DNA from: an uncultured Chloroflexia bacterium
Lineage (GTDB): Bacteria > Chloroflexota > Limnocylindria > Limnocylindrales > CSP1-4
Length of the DNA: 64,000 nucleotides
NCBI GenBank assembly: GCA_963800275.1
Contig: CAWDAI010000013.1
Coordinates: forward strand, 69,403-133,402
Direction: 5' to 3'
Shown one piece after another: positions 8,937 to 17,941 of this stretch (position 1 is the stretch's first letter; every line of letters begins with the position of its first letter). Made by a program: the position numbers and the translations under genes. The notes under the pieces were generated by a model that saw nothing but the letters and a program-made list of their open reading frames with translations, did not search any database and was not told the DNA's origin.

Positions 8937-9640
8937 GCGACGGTTCGTCCCGGCGCGACCGTGGGCGTCAGGACTTCGCCAAGCGGGTGTTCGACGTGGT
9001 GGCATCAGCAGCTGCCCTCGTCCTGCTCTCGCCAGTCATGGGCTTGCTCGCGATCGTGGTCCGGCGGCAGACCGGCAGCCCAGTGCTATTCCGCCAGATG
9101 CGCCCGGGCCTGCATGGCGAGCCGTTCACCATCTACAAGTTCCGCACCATGCACGACGAGCACGACGCGAGTGGCCAGTACATTCCAGATGACCTCCGAA
9201 CCACACCGCTGGGCCGCAAGCTACGCGCGACCAGCCTGGACGAACTGCCCGAACTCTGGAACGTCCTCAAGGGCGACATGAGCCTCGTGGGACCCCGCCC
9301 ACTCTTGATGGAATACCTGCCACGCTTCACGCCTGAGCAGGCTCGTCGGCATGAGGTTCGCCCGGGCCTGACCGGCCTTGCGCAGGTCAGCGGTCGCAAC
9401 GCCCTGACCTGGGAGCAGAAGTTCGCCCGCGATGTCGACTACGTGGACAATCACGACTTGGCCTTGGATGTTGAGATCCTCTTCAGGACGGTCCGGATCG
9501 TCATGGCGCAAGAGGGCATCCGACATGCAGGTGATGGCGACGGCGACATGCCCGAGTTCATGGGCACCGAGGTCGCATCGCAGGAGGTCCGGGGTGAGCC
9601 TGAACCGGCGGGTTCAGCCAACGGCCAGGGACCACGGTAA
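8933..9640 (+). CDS. Polyprenyl-phosphate sugar phosphotransferase (bacterial sugar transferase family, small WbaP/EpsL type)
   Basis: KRVFDVVASAAALVLLSPV TM helix, SPVLFRQMRPG, FTIYKFRTM, and DELPELWNVLKGDMSLVGPRP. The start overlaps the PPTase stop (ATGA at 8933-8936). Confidence 0.9.
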   Translation: MSDGSSRRDRGRQDFAKRVFDVVASAAALVLLSPVMGLLAIVVRRQTGSPVLFRQMRPGLHGEPFTIYKFRTMHDEHDASGQYIPDDLRTTPLGRKLRATSLDELPELWNVLKGDMSLVGPRPLLMEYLPRFTPEQARRHEVRPGLTGLAQVSGRNALTWEQKFARDVDYVDNHDLALDVEILFRTVRIVMAQEGIRHAGDGDGDMPEFMGTEVASQEVRGEPEPAGSANGQGPR

Positions 9641-9656
9641 CCCGGCAGGCCCGTGG

Positions 9657-10052
9657 TTAGGGTCTGGCGGCCGGGCGTGGCTTCGACAGCCGCAGCGCAA
9701 CCACGAAGTCTCGCAGCGCCCTGCGGCCAGCCTCCCCGCGCAGTTGCGCGTGGAACGTCTGGCCACCCACGAGCACGTCGAGCCGATACAGGTCTTCGCC
9801 CTGGCCAGACGGTGGACCCGGATCGACGATGCGGACTTGGTCCCAGGTGGCCCAGCGCGTCATCCAGTGGCGCGGGGGGACCCGGACCGGGAACAGCAGG
9901 GCGAGCCTGGGACGCATGGCCACCAGGAGCGTATCGCGGGACGTGACCGCCTCCCACACGGGCAGGACAGTCAGCACCTCTTCGTATCGGAACTGGTCAC
10001 GGACCAGGTTGATGGGCAGGCTGGTGAGGCCCTTCAACTCGCCGAAGCGCAT
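9657..10052 (-). CDS. Hypothetical protein (131 aa)
   Basis: ORF with GAGGAA 6 nt upstream of the ATG at 10052. No recognisable motif. Lies inside the island. Confidence 0.45.
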   Translation of the reverse strand: MRFGELKGLTSLPINLVRDQFRYEEVLTVLPVWEAVTSRDTLLVAMRPRLALLFPVRVPPRHWMTRWATWDQVRIVDPGPPSGQGEDLYRLDVLVGGQTFHAQLRGEAGRRALRDFVVALRLSKPRPAARP

Positions 10053-10173
10053 GGTCGTTCCTCGCGTGTCAGCCCTCACGGCGGGGCGGACATGTCAAGG
10101 GTACCCGTGTCGAGGGGAGAAGCCGCGGTGAGCCCGCTGCGGCCCTGCCTCGTCCCGGCTCCCGCCGGCACCG

Positions 10174-10458
10174 GTGGGCCTTGGTCGGGGTCGAAAGAAC
10201 GGCAAGACGAGCCTCTTTGCCAGCTGTGCCCTCTATGGGCTGCTCTGCGAGGGCCAGGGCGCCGAGGTCTACTCCATCGCCGCCGACCGCTCGCAGTCCC
10301 GCCTCGGCTTCGACACCGCCCGACGCATGGTCAGGCTCGACCCCGAGCTCTCCTCGGCCTGCCGGGTCACGCGTGACACGAACGAGGACCCGACCTCCGG
10401 CTCGGTTCGAATCCCAGCCGGGCTCGCTGATCCGCCTATGCGTCACGCTCGGACGTGA
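10174..10458 (+). pseudogene. N-terminal fragment of a phage terminase large subunit
   Basis: GRKNGKTSLFASCALYGLL (Walker A) and GAEVYSIAADRSQSRLGFDTARRMV match the Terminase_1-type N-terminus. The ORF ends after about 90 codons, where the tRNA-derived repeat begins. Confidence 0.6.
10404..10425 (+). repeat. attR-like direct repeat of the tRNA-Lys 3' end
   Basis: GGTTCGAATCCCAGCCGG at 10404-10421 is identical to 7960-7977. After one extra G the match continues with CTC. Confidence 0.6.
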
Positions 10459-11125
10459 AGGAGCTCGAGAGAGACTCCAGGGACTCGAGTGCCACCAAGC
10501 GCGTCTGGTGGTGCGGCGCTGTCTGTCGCTCGAGACGGACACGGCATGAGAGCTCGGCGTCGAACACGACGAGGGTGACCTGGAGCACCTCGTCCTCGGC
10601 CTCGGCGTTCGTGCGCGCATCATCCAGTTGGTGGAGCACATCCGCGTTGATGCCGCGAGCTCCCCACTTGCAGTCATAGGCCTCGGCCGCACCTGAGCGC
10701 TCGAGGGTGACATCGAAGGGGTGGATCTCGGCCCGCACACCATCGAACAGGATGCGTCGCTCACGGCGGACGTCCGCGGAGCCGGCGCGGCGTCCGAGCA
10801 GTTCCGCGGTCAGCGATTCCACGAGTGCGCCGCGGAGCTGGTCGCGTGCCTGGTCGCCGCGGTCGGCGATGGCCAGCGACACGGTCAGGATGGCCTCGGA
10901 CCGTTCCCGGTCGGACGGCTCGACCGTCGGCCCGAACAATGTCGGGAACATGGCTCGCCAACCGTCTGGATCGAGCGTCTCACCGTTCATCACGGCCCTG
11001 GCCAGCAGTCGCTGTGAGGACGACGCATCAGCCAGCAGTCCGGCCGCCTGCGCCACCACGGGCTCCGCCTGGATCGCCGCGTAGGTAACGGCGCGGGCGT
11101 CCTGGGCAGCATCCTGGAACCTCAT
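10436..11125 (-). CDS. Hypothetical protein (229 aa) with a possible PD-(D/E)xK-like motif
   Basis: Start at MRFQDAAQ overlaps the upstream stop (ATGA at 11122-11125). The C-terminal half has HPFD-x12-DCKW. The longer 299-aa form has an Arg-rich, non-protein-like N-terminus. Confidence 0.5.
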   Translation of the reverse strand: MRFQDAAQDARAVTYAAIQAEPVVAQAAGLLADASSSQRLLARAVMNGETLDPDGWRAMFPTLFGPTVEPSDRERSEAILTVSLAIADRGDQARDQLRGALVESLTAELLGRRAGSADVRRERRILFDGVRAEIHPFDVTLERSGAAEAYDCKWGARGINADVLHQLDDARTNAEAEDEVLQVTLVVFDAELSCRVRLERQTAPHHQTRLVALESLESLSSSFTSERDA

Positions 11126-11427
11126 CGCGGTCCGCCCAGGGTGACGAGCACGATCTGCGGGAACGTCGAGAGCCAGTCGATGGCGCGGTGAGGGTCGCTG
11201 ATGTGCTCGATCTCCTCGATGGCACGGCGGATGGCCGCCTCCTCGAGCGCGGTCGCAGGCTCGGCGCCCTGCTCGTCGACGAGCTTGCCGATCCGTGCTT
11301 GCCATGCGGCTGAGAGATCGTTCACGTACGTCCATTCGTCCTCGACGTCCTCAGCGAGGCTCAGCAGGCCCTCATAGGCTGCGAGCGCATCGCGCGCGAG
11401 GTCGGCGTGGGTACTTGCTTCGTCCAT
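11122..11427 (-). CDS. Small acidic helical hypothetical protein (101 aa)
   Basis: Compact Asp/Glu-rich ORF, translationally coupled to the downstream 229-aa ORF. No family recognised. Confidence 0.5.
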   Translation of the reverse strand: MDEASTHADLARDALAAYEGLLSLAEDVEDEWTYVNDLSAAWQARIGKLVDEQGAEPATALEEAAIRRAIEEIEHISDPHRAIDWLSTFPQIVLVTLGGPR

Positions 11428-11517
11428 GCAGGCAAGACTACGCGACCCGGCCAGTCAGCCTCGTTCCACGAGCGGTTTCACCTCGCCCCCTTGACACCAT
11501 CGCCTGGGCGGGTCCGG

Positions 11518-12081
11518 CTACCAGCCCTCCGTTCCCGGCTCGCCCTTGAAGGGGCCGACGACGCGAGAGGTCACCCAGCCGCCGTAGTAGCGCCCCGGCT
11601 GGGGTGTGGCCCGCTCGTCGGCCACCCAGGCCTCGTCGACCAAGGACGCATAGAAGGCGATCCGGTCAGCCAGCTCCTCGTAGCCGGCGTTCGGCGTCAG
11701 GTAGGTCCAGGCCGCATGCGGGACCTCGCGATCGCCCACCTTCAGGTCGAGGTAGGTCGCGAGACCCTTCCACTCGCAGAAGCTGTGGTCTGACGTTTCC
11801 GTCAGCAGGTCGGTCCGGATGTCGCTCCGAGGCAGGTAGTAGACCGGGGCGCCGGCGGTCTCGAGGACACGGACCGCGGCGGTCGTGTCGGCGATCGTCT
11901 CGCCCCCGAGGAGCACGCGGATCCGTTCGGGGACAGGTTCCACGCGGGGTGGCCGGGGATAGTCCCAGACCGACTCCTGGCCGGGCCCGGGGATGACCCG
12001 CTCGGTCGGTCCCCCCCTCGTCCTCGCGAGGATGGACGTCCAACGGTTCGTCCGGCCGCCGCGACCTGCTGTGGTGTTCAT
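11518..12081 (-). CDS. DUF427 domain protein
   Basis: VWDYPRPPRVEP..., APVYYLPRSDI, and FCEWKGLATYLDL repeats are typical of DUF427. Confidence 0.8.
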   Translation of the reverse strand: MNTTAGRGGRTNRWTSILARTRGGPTERVIPGPGQESVWDYPRPPRVEPVPERIRVLLGGETIADTTAAVRVLETAGAPVYYLPRSDIRTDLLTETSDHSFCEWKGLATYLDLKVGDREVPHAAWTYLTPNAGYEELADRIAFYASLVDEAWVADERATPQPGRYYGGWVTSRVVGPFKGEPGTEGW

Positions 12082-12128
12082 GTCCAGAGGGTGCCATGTG
12101 TCCGCGTCATGGGTGTGACGAGGACGCC

Positions 12129-13256
12129 TCAGGGCTGGGACACCTTCGCCAACACCTCCCGGACCTGGCGCACGATCTCCAGGTCTTCGCGAGCCACGAC
12201 GACGACACTCCCGACGGCGGCGTCGGATGCAGTGATGTCGGCATCGCCTCGTGCTCCATCGTTGGCCCCGGGGTCGACGGCCACGCCGAGCCAGGCCAGA
12301 TCGGACGCCAGCCGCGCCCGGATGGCCGGGGCGTTCTCACCGACACCGCCAGTGAAGACGAGCACGTCCAGCCCGCCGAGAGCGGCCACCATGGCCGCCA
12401 CCAGAGCGCGCAGCCGGTGCAAGTACACGCCGATGGCGAGGCTGGCCTCCTCGTCGCCCTCGGCTTCGGCAGCCAGGATGGCAGCCATGTCGGCGGTCCC
12501 AGCCAGGCCCAGCAGGCCGGAGCGATGCTCGAGCGTCGCTGCCAGCTCGGCAGGTGGCGTGTGCACGTGCTGTTCGAGCCAGAGCACGAGTCCAGGGTCG
12601 ATGGAGCCTGAGCGCGTGGCCATGACCAGCCCATCGAGCGGGGTGAAGCCCATCGTGGTGTCCACCGAACGGCCACCCTTGACCGCGGCGAGCGACGCTC
12701 CTGCCCCCAGGTGGCAGGTGACGACGCGCAGCTCCTCCAGCGGTCGCCCGACCATCTCCGCGGCGCGCCGCGAGCCATACGCATGTGAGAGCCCGTGGAA
12801 CCCGTACTTGCGCAGCGCCCAGCGCCGGCGCCACTCCGATGGGATGGCGTAGGTCGTGGCAGCTGCGGGCATGTCGGCGTGGAAGGCCGTGTCGAAGCAG
12901 GCCACCGCTGGCAGGTGCGGTCGGACCGCCTGCACGGCCGCCAGCGCCGCCAGCGACTTGGGCTGATGCAGCGGCGCCAGGTCGGTCAGCGCGCGTAGAT
13001 CGGACTCGACCACGTCATCGAGGAGCACGGCCTGGCGGTAGCGCGTCCCGCCGTGGACGATGCGGTGGCCCACCGCCGCGATATCGCCGAACCCGTCGAT
13101 GGCCTCGGCCACGGCGGCGGCGTCGGCGGCGCCCCGCGGCGCCGGCAGATCGGCGGAACCGACGAGGGCATCCTGTTCGTCCAGCAGGCGGAGCTTGAGA
13201 CTGCTGGAGCCCGCGTTGACGACCAGGATGCGGCCGAGGCCGGACTCGCCGCTCAT
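12129..13256 (-). CDS. ackA: Acetate kinase
   Basis: [26 protein letters not shown], and ACFDTAFH motifs. The start at MSGESGLGR overlaps the xfp stop (ATGA at 13253-13256). Confidence 0.9.
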   Translation of the reverse strand: MSGESGLGRILVVNAGSSSLKLRLLDEQDALVGSADLPAPRGAADAAAVAEAIDGFGDIAAVGHRIVHGGTRYRQAVLLDDVVESDLRALTDLAPLHQPKSLAALAAVQAVRPHLPAVACFDTAFHADMPAAATTYAIPSEWRRRWALRKYGFHGLSHAYGSRRAAEMVGRPLEELRVVTCHLGAGASLAAVKGGRSVDTTMGFTPLDGLVMATRSGSIDPGLVLWLEQHVHTPPAELAATLEHRSGLLGLAGTADMAAILAAEAEGDEEASLAIGVYLHRLRALVAAMVAALGGLDVLVFTGGVGENAPAIRARLASDLAWLGVAVDPGANDGARGDADITASDAAVGSVVVVAREDLEIVRQVREVLAKVSQP

Positions 13257-15649
13257 GCCGGCCACTTCCAATCCTGGATCTCGGGCGCATCCTCGCCCTC
13301 CCGGCGGGTATAGGCGCGGCACTCCAGGCGCCGGTCCACGAGCCACTGCCGGAGGTGCGCGGCGCGTGCGGCCACCCCCGGCACGCGGTCGATGACATCC
13401 ATGACCAGGTGGAAGCGATCGAGGTCGTTGAGCATGACCATGTCGAACGGCGTCGTCGTCGTGCCCTCCTCCTTGTAGCCCCGGACGTGCAGGTTGGCGT
13501 GATTCGTGCGCCGGTAGGTCAGGCGGTGGATGAGCCAGGGGTAGCCGTGGTAGGCGAAGACGATGGGCCGGTCCGTAGTGAAGAGTGCGTCGAACTCGCG
13601 GTCGGACATGCCGTGGGGATGCTCCGTCTCCGGCTGCAGGCGCATGAGGTCGACGACGTTGACCACGCGGATCCGCAGCTCGGGCAGGTGCTGGCGCAGG
13701 ATGTCCACCGCCGCCAGGGTCTCCAGCGTGGGGATGTCGCCGGCACAGGCGAGCACCACGTCCGGCTCAGTGCCCCTGTCGTTGCTGGCGAAGTCCCAGA
13801 TGCCGATGCCGCGCGTGCAGTGCAGGATGGCCTCGTCCATCGACAACCAGTCGGGCGAGGGTTGCTTGCCGGCCACGATGACGTTGACGTAGTCGCGGCT
13901 GCGCAGGCAGTGGTCGGCCACGGACAGCAGCGTGTTCGTGTCCGGCGGCAGGTAGACGCGGATGGTCTCCGCCTTCTTGTTGACGACGTGGTCGATGAAG
14001 CCCGGGTCCTGGTGGCTGAAGCCGTTGTGGTCCTGCCGCCACACGAGGGAGCTGAGCAGGTAGTTGAGCGAGGCGATGGGCCGCCGCCAGGGGATGTCCG
14101 CAGTCACCTTCAGCCACTTGGCGTGCTGGTTGAACATCGAGTCGACGATGTGGATGAAGGCTTCATAGGAATTCAGGAGGCCGTGGCGGCCGGTCAGCAG
14201 GTAGCCCTCCAGCCAGCCCTGGCAGAGATGCTCGGAGAGGACCTCCATGACGCGACCATCCACCGCCACGTGGTCATCGGTCGGCAGGATCTCGCCCGTG
14301 AAGGTGCGATCGGTGACCTCGAAGACCGCACCCAGGCGATTGGAGGCCGTCTCATCGGGCCCGAAGATGCGGAACGACTCGCGGTTGCGGTCCACGATGT
14401 CGCGCAGGAACGTGCCCAGCACCCGGGTCGACTCACTGGTGCTGCCGCCCGGCTGCGGAACGTCGACCGCGTAATCGCGGAAGTCAGGCATCGCCAGGCC
14501 ACGCAGCAGCAGGCCACCGTTGGCGTGGGGGTTGGCGCTCATGCGCCGGTAGGACTTGGGCGCCAGCGCCGCCAGCTCCGGGTCGAGGGCGCCGTCAGCA
14601 CCGAAGAGCTCCTCGGGCCGATAGCTGCGCATCCATGTTTCGAGCAGGGCCAGGTGCTCGGGGTCACCGCGTACGTCCGCGATGGGCACCTGGTGCGCAC
14701 GGAACGTGCCCTCGGACGGCAGACCGTCGACCTCTTTCGGGCCTGTCCAGCCCTTGGGCGTGCGCAGCACGATCATGGGCCAGCGCGGACGCTCGGTGGA
14801 GCGGCCCTCGCGCGCGGCGCGCTGGATGGCCGCGATCTCCTCGACCACGGCGTCCATGGTGGCAGCCATCAGCTGGTGCACCTTCGAGGGGTCATCGCCT
14901 TCCACGAAGAAGGGGTGATAGCCGTAGCCTTCGAAGAGCGCCTGCAGCTCCTGCTGGGGGATGCGCGCCAACACCGTCGGATTGGCGATCTTGTAGCCGT
15001 TGAGATGCAGGATCGGCAGCACGGCACCGTCGCGGACGGGGTCGAGGAACTTGTTGGAGTGCCAGCTGGTGGCCAGCGGACCCGTCTCGGCCTCGCCGTC
15101 ACCGACCACGCAGCAGACCACCAGGTCGGGGTTGTCGAAGGCAGCCCCGAAGGCGTGCGCGAGCGCGTAGCCCAGCTCGCCGCCCTCGTGGATGGAGCCG
15201 GGTGTCTCCGGCGCCACGTGGCTGGGGATGCCACCGGGGAAGGAGAACTGGCGGAAGAGCCGGCGCAGTCCCTCGGTGTCTTGGGTGATGCTGGGATAGA
15301 CCTCCGTGTAGGTTCCCTCAAGGTAGGCATTGGCGACCGCGGCCGGACCGCCGTGTCCGGGGCCCAGGACATAGATGGCGTCGAGGTCCCAGGCGCGGAT
15401 GACCCGGTTCATGTGCGCGTAGATGAAGTTGAGGCCCGGCGTCGTGCCCCAGTGACCCAGCAGACGCGGCTTGACGTGGGACGGCTGCAGCGCCTCACGC
15501 AGCAGCGGGTTGTCGAGCAGGTAGATCTGTCCGACCGAGAGATAGTTGGCGGCCCGCCACCAGCCGTCGATGTGGTCCAGCTCCGAGGTCGACAGGGGTC
15601 CCTGATCGCCGCCGGGCGCGTGCCGCTCGCGGGTCTCACGTTCGGCCAT
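13253..15649 (-). CDS. xfp: Xylulose-5-phosphate/fructose-6-phosphate phosphoketolase
   Basis: [32 protein letters not shown] and GDGEAETGP motifs over about 800 aa. A strong SD (AAGGAGGGAG) precedes the ATG at 15649. Confidence 0.95.
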   Translation of the reverse strand: MAERETRERHAPGGDQGPLSTSELDHIDGWWRAANYLSVGQIYLLDNPLLREALQPSHVKPRLLGHWGTTPGLNFIYAHMNRVIRAWDLDAIYVLGPGHGGPAAVANAYLEGTYTEVYPSITQDTEGLRRLFRQFSFPGGIPSHVAPETPGSIHEGGELGYALAHAFGAAFDNPDLVVCCVVGDGEAETGPLATSWHSNKFLDPVRDGAVLPILHLNGYKIANPTVLARIPQQELQALFEGYGYHPFFVEGDDPSKVHQLMAATMDAVVEEIAAIQRAAREGRSTERPRWPMIVLRTPKGWTGPKEVDGLPSEGTFRAHQVPIADVRGDPEHLALLETWMRSYRPEELFGADGALDPELAALAPKSYRRMSANPHANGGLLLRGLAMPDFRDYAVDVPQPGGSTSESTRVLGTFLRDIVDRNRESFRIFGPDETASNRLGAVFEVTDRTFTGEILPTDDHVAVDGRVMEVLSEHLCQGWLEGYLLTGRHGLLNSYEAFIHIVDSMFNQHAKWLKVTADIPWRRPIASLNYLLSSLVWRQDHNGFSHQDPGFIDHVVNKKAETIRVYLPPDTNTLLSVADHCLRSRDYVNVIVAGKQPSPDWLSMDEAILHCTRGIGIWDFASNDRGTEPDVVLACAGDIPTLETLAAVDILRQHLPELRIRVVNVVDLMRLQPETEHPHGMSDREFDALFTTDRPIVFAYHGYPWLIHRLTYRRTNHANLHVRGYKEEGTTTTPFDMVMLNDLDRFHLVMDVIDRVPGVAARAAHLRQWLVDRRLECRAYTRREGEDAPEIQDWKWPA

Positions 15650-15900
15650 CTCACTCCCTCCTTCGTGATGCGCACCCTTGGGCGCACCCGATGCTGCGTG
15701 GTACACGCATGATGAGGCGCGGCCGTTCCGCGTCGATAGCGACGTGCGCACCCGCCTTGGGCAGAGAGGTCACGCAGCCATGCGATGGGGCCCTCTGGCG
15801 AGCAGGCGGTCGACGGGCACGTGTGCGCGCTCGGGCAAGCCGGCCACTAGCTGTGGGTCCTTGTCACCAGCCAATGCGCAGCCCGGAGCGCTGTTTGGGA

Positions 15901-16095
15901 TCAGTCAGCCTCCGTGGAGGCTCCAGCATATTCGTGCTCGTGCTTCTGGCGGTCCCGTTCCGCCGTCCGATTCATGGTCTGGAGCGTCTCGTCTACGCTC
16001 TTGCCGTTGCCGTCCGCGATGCGCTTCAGGTCCTCGTAGGTCACGTTGTCGCCCATGACCTTGTGAGCGTCCATACATCCGCACGTGAGACACAT
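15901..16095 (-). CDS. Small protein (64 aa) with an N-terminal MCLTCGC metal-binding-type motif
   Basis: GGAGG lies 8 nt upstream of the ATG. The N-terminus MCLTCGCMDAH resembles the HypB N-terminal CxxCGC high-affinity Ni site. The rest is charged and helical. Confidence 0.6.
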   Translation of the reverse strand: MCLTCGCMDAHKVMGDNVTYEDLKRIADGNGKSVDETLQTMNRTAERDRQKHEHEYAGASTEAD

Positions 16096-16148
16096 GTCCG
16101 AAGCCTCCGGGATAAGTCCCGTCCTGGATGGACAGGCACCTGCCGAAT

Positions 16149-16165
16149 GCTACCTTGCAGGTAGC
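16149..16165. promoter_or_regulatory. Perfect palindrome in a divergent promoter region
   Basis: GCTACCT-TGC-AGGTAGC lies between the divergently transcribed genes starting at 16095 (-) and 16338 (+). Confidence 0.3.
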
Positions 16166-16337
16166 GGCGCTCGCCTTAGCGCGTCGCTGATGAGCGTGTC
16201 AGTGACATCACAACTCGATGCTCGCCACCTGCCGGCGCTGGACTTCCTGCAGTGTCACAGAGGGGTCGGGCGGGGCCCGTTTGACGGATGCGGCCAGCAA
16301 GGGCAGGGTACGGGTTTGCCGCAAGGAGGACTCTCCC

Positions 16338-16649
16338 ATGTTGACGATGACCCCGGCTGCTGCGGCGGCCCTGTCCGCGGCCCGCTCCCAGTCCGGAGCG
16401 CCGGAGAGCTATGGCGTCCGCTTCTCTGCCTCGGCCCCCACGCCATCAGAGGCGGCGCGCCTGAACCTCGACTTCGTCGAGTCGCCCGGACCCGATGACG
16501 CCGTGAGCGAGGAGGAAGGGCTCACGACCTACGTCGCGCCCGAGGTGGACGGTCTCATCGGCGACGCCGTCGTCGATGTCGAGACGGACGGACAGCAGTC
16601 GAGCTTGGTGGTCCGGCCGCAATCGCCGAGCGACGGCGCCACCGCCTAG
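16338..16649 (+). CDS. HesB/IscA-like protein lacking the cluster-ligating cysteines
   Basis: MLTMTPAAAAALSAARS...YGVRFSA...LNLDFVE...EEEGLTTYVAPEV follows the IscA/HesB fold pattern but contains no Cys. AAGGAGG lies upstream of the ATG at 16338. Confidence 0.55.
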   Translation: MLTMTPAAAAALSAARSQSGAPESYGVRFSASAPTPSEAARLNLDFVESPGPDDAVSEEEGLTTYVAPEVDGLIGDAVVDVETDGQQSSLVVRPQSPSDGATA

Positions 16650-16727
16650 TTACGCGGTGCGGGACCACCCAGGGGTGAGCTCGACGCGCGATCGGCACGT
16701 CGGTCGCTCGCCTCTGGGACCCCCTCG

Positions 16728-16764
16728 GCCTCCCACGGACCCACTCCCGGGCCCCGTGGGAGGC
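16728..16764 (+). terminator. 11-bp perfect GC hairpin downstream of the HesB-like gene
   Basis: GCCTCCCACGG (16728-16738), 15-nt loop, CCGTGGGAGGC (16754-16764). No U tract. Confidence 0.4.
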
Positions 16765-16836
16765 CGTGTCGTGACCGGCACGCGCGACCAGACCCTGCGC
16801 CCAGGGCCCCAGAACCAGCCCGCCTAGAATGCCGGC

Positions 16837-17859
16837 GTGAAGAAGATCGGATTCCTCTCCTTCGGCCACTGGTCAGCCTCGCCCCACTCACACGTGCGCT
16901 CGGCGGCCGATGCGCTCCTGCAATCGATCGAGCTGGCAGAGGCGGTGGAGGAGCTGGGCGCTGACGGGGCCTATTTCCGCGTCCACCACTTCGCCCGCCA
17001 GCTCGCGTCGCCATTCCCGCTGCTCGCCGCCATCGGCGCCCGTACCAGGCGCATCGAGATCGGCACCGCTGTCATCGACATGCGCTACGAGAACCCGCTC
17101 TACATGGCCGAGGATGCCGGCGCCGCCGATCTCATCGCCGGGGGTCGCCTCCAGCTCGGGATCAGCCGTGGCTCACCGGAGCAGGTGATCGACGGCTACC
17201 GCTACTTCGGATACGAGCCGCCGGCAGGGATGTCCGATGCCGATATGGCCCGCCAGCACGCGGACGCCTTCCTGCAGGTCATCACGGGCGCCGGCTTTGC
17301 CCAGCCGAACCCGAGCCCGATGTTCCCCAACCCGCCGGGCCTCCTTCGCCCGGAACCCCACGCGCCCGGCCTGCGCGAGCGCATCTGGTGGGGCGCGGGC
17401 TCACGGGCGACCGCCGAGTGGGCCGCCGAGCAGGGCCTGAACCTGATGTCGTCCACGCTCCTGACCGAGGACGCCGGCATCCCCTTCCACGAGCTCCAGG
17501 CCGAGCAGATCCGGCTGTTCCGCGCAGCCTGGGCCGCGGCGGGCCACGAACGCGAGCCGCGAGTCTCCGTCAGTCGGTCGATCTTCGCCCTGGTAGACGA
17601 TCGTGATCGCGCCTACTTCGGTGGTCGAGATGAAGGCGCGGACCACGTGGGCTACATCGATGAGCAGACGAAGGCGATCTTCGGCCGCTCGTATGCGGCC
17701 GAGCCCGACGAGCTCGTCGCGTCGCTGGCCCAGGACACCGCCATCGAGGCAGCCGATACGCTGCTGCTGACGGTCCCCAACCAGCTTGGCGTCGAGTACA
17801 ACGCCCACGCGGTCGAGAGCATCCTCAAGTACGTCGCCCCGGAGCTCGGCTGGCGCTGA
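16837..17859 (+). CDS. Luciferase-like (LLM class) flavin-dependent oxidoreductase
   Basis: MKKIGFLSFGHW..., YFRVHHF, IEIGTAVIDMRYENPLYMAEDAGAADLIAGGRLQLGISRGSP are typical of the LLM family. Confidence 0.85.
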   Translation: MKKIGFLSFGHWSASPHSHVRSAADALLQSIELAEAVEELGADGAYFRVHHFARQLASPFPLLAAIGARTRRIEIGTAVIDMRYENPLYMAEDAGAADLIAGGRLQLGISRGSPEQVIDGYRYFGYEPPAGMSDADMARQHADAFLQVITGAGFAQPNPSPMFPNPPGLLRPEPHAPGLRERIWWGAGSRATAEWAAEQGLNLMSSTLLTEDAGIPFHELQAEQIRLFRAAWAAAGHEREPRVSVSRSIFALVDDRDRAYFGGRDEGADHVGYIDEQTKAIFGRSYAAEPDELVASLAQDTAIEAADTLLLTVPNQLGVEYNAHAVESILKYVAPELGWR

Positions 17860-17941
17860 TCAGGCGCTCCGCCACCAGCCCGATGCGACTGGCGACCGCT
17901 GACTTGCCAGTGGAACAGGGCGGAGATACATTCCGGCCACC

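Larger units (their letters stand above)
7985..10421 (+). mobile_element. Decayed integrative element / prophage remnant inserted at tRNA-Lys
   Basis: Bounded by the tRNA gene and an 18-nt direct copy of its 3' part (10404-10421). It contains a terminase fragment and spot-counted lower GC, but no integrase. Confidence 0.45.

Noticed and set aside
11126-11335. Longer 299-aa form of the 10436 ORF
   Set aside because: The extra 70 residues are Arg/Pro/His-rich and overlap the 101-aa ORF. The internal ATG at 11125 forms an ATGA overlap with the upstream stop.
13355-15712. 785-aa ORF on the plus strand
   Set aside because: It is entirely antisense to the phosphoketolase gene, and its translation is Arg/Gly/Val/Asp-rich with no motifs. 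This is the usual shadow ORF of a high-GC gene.
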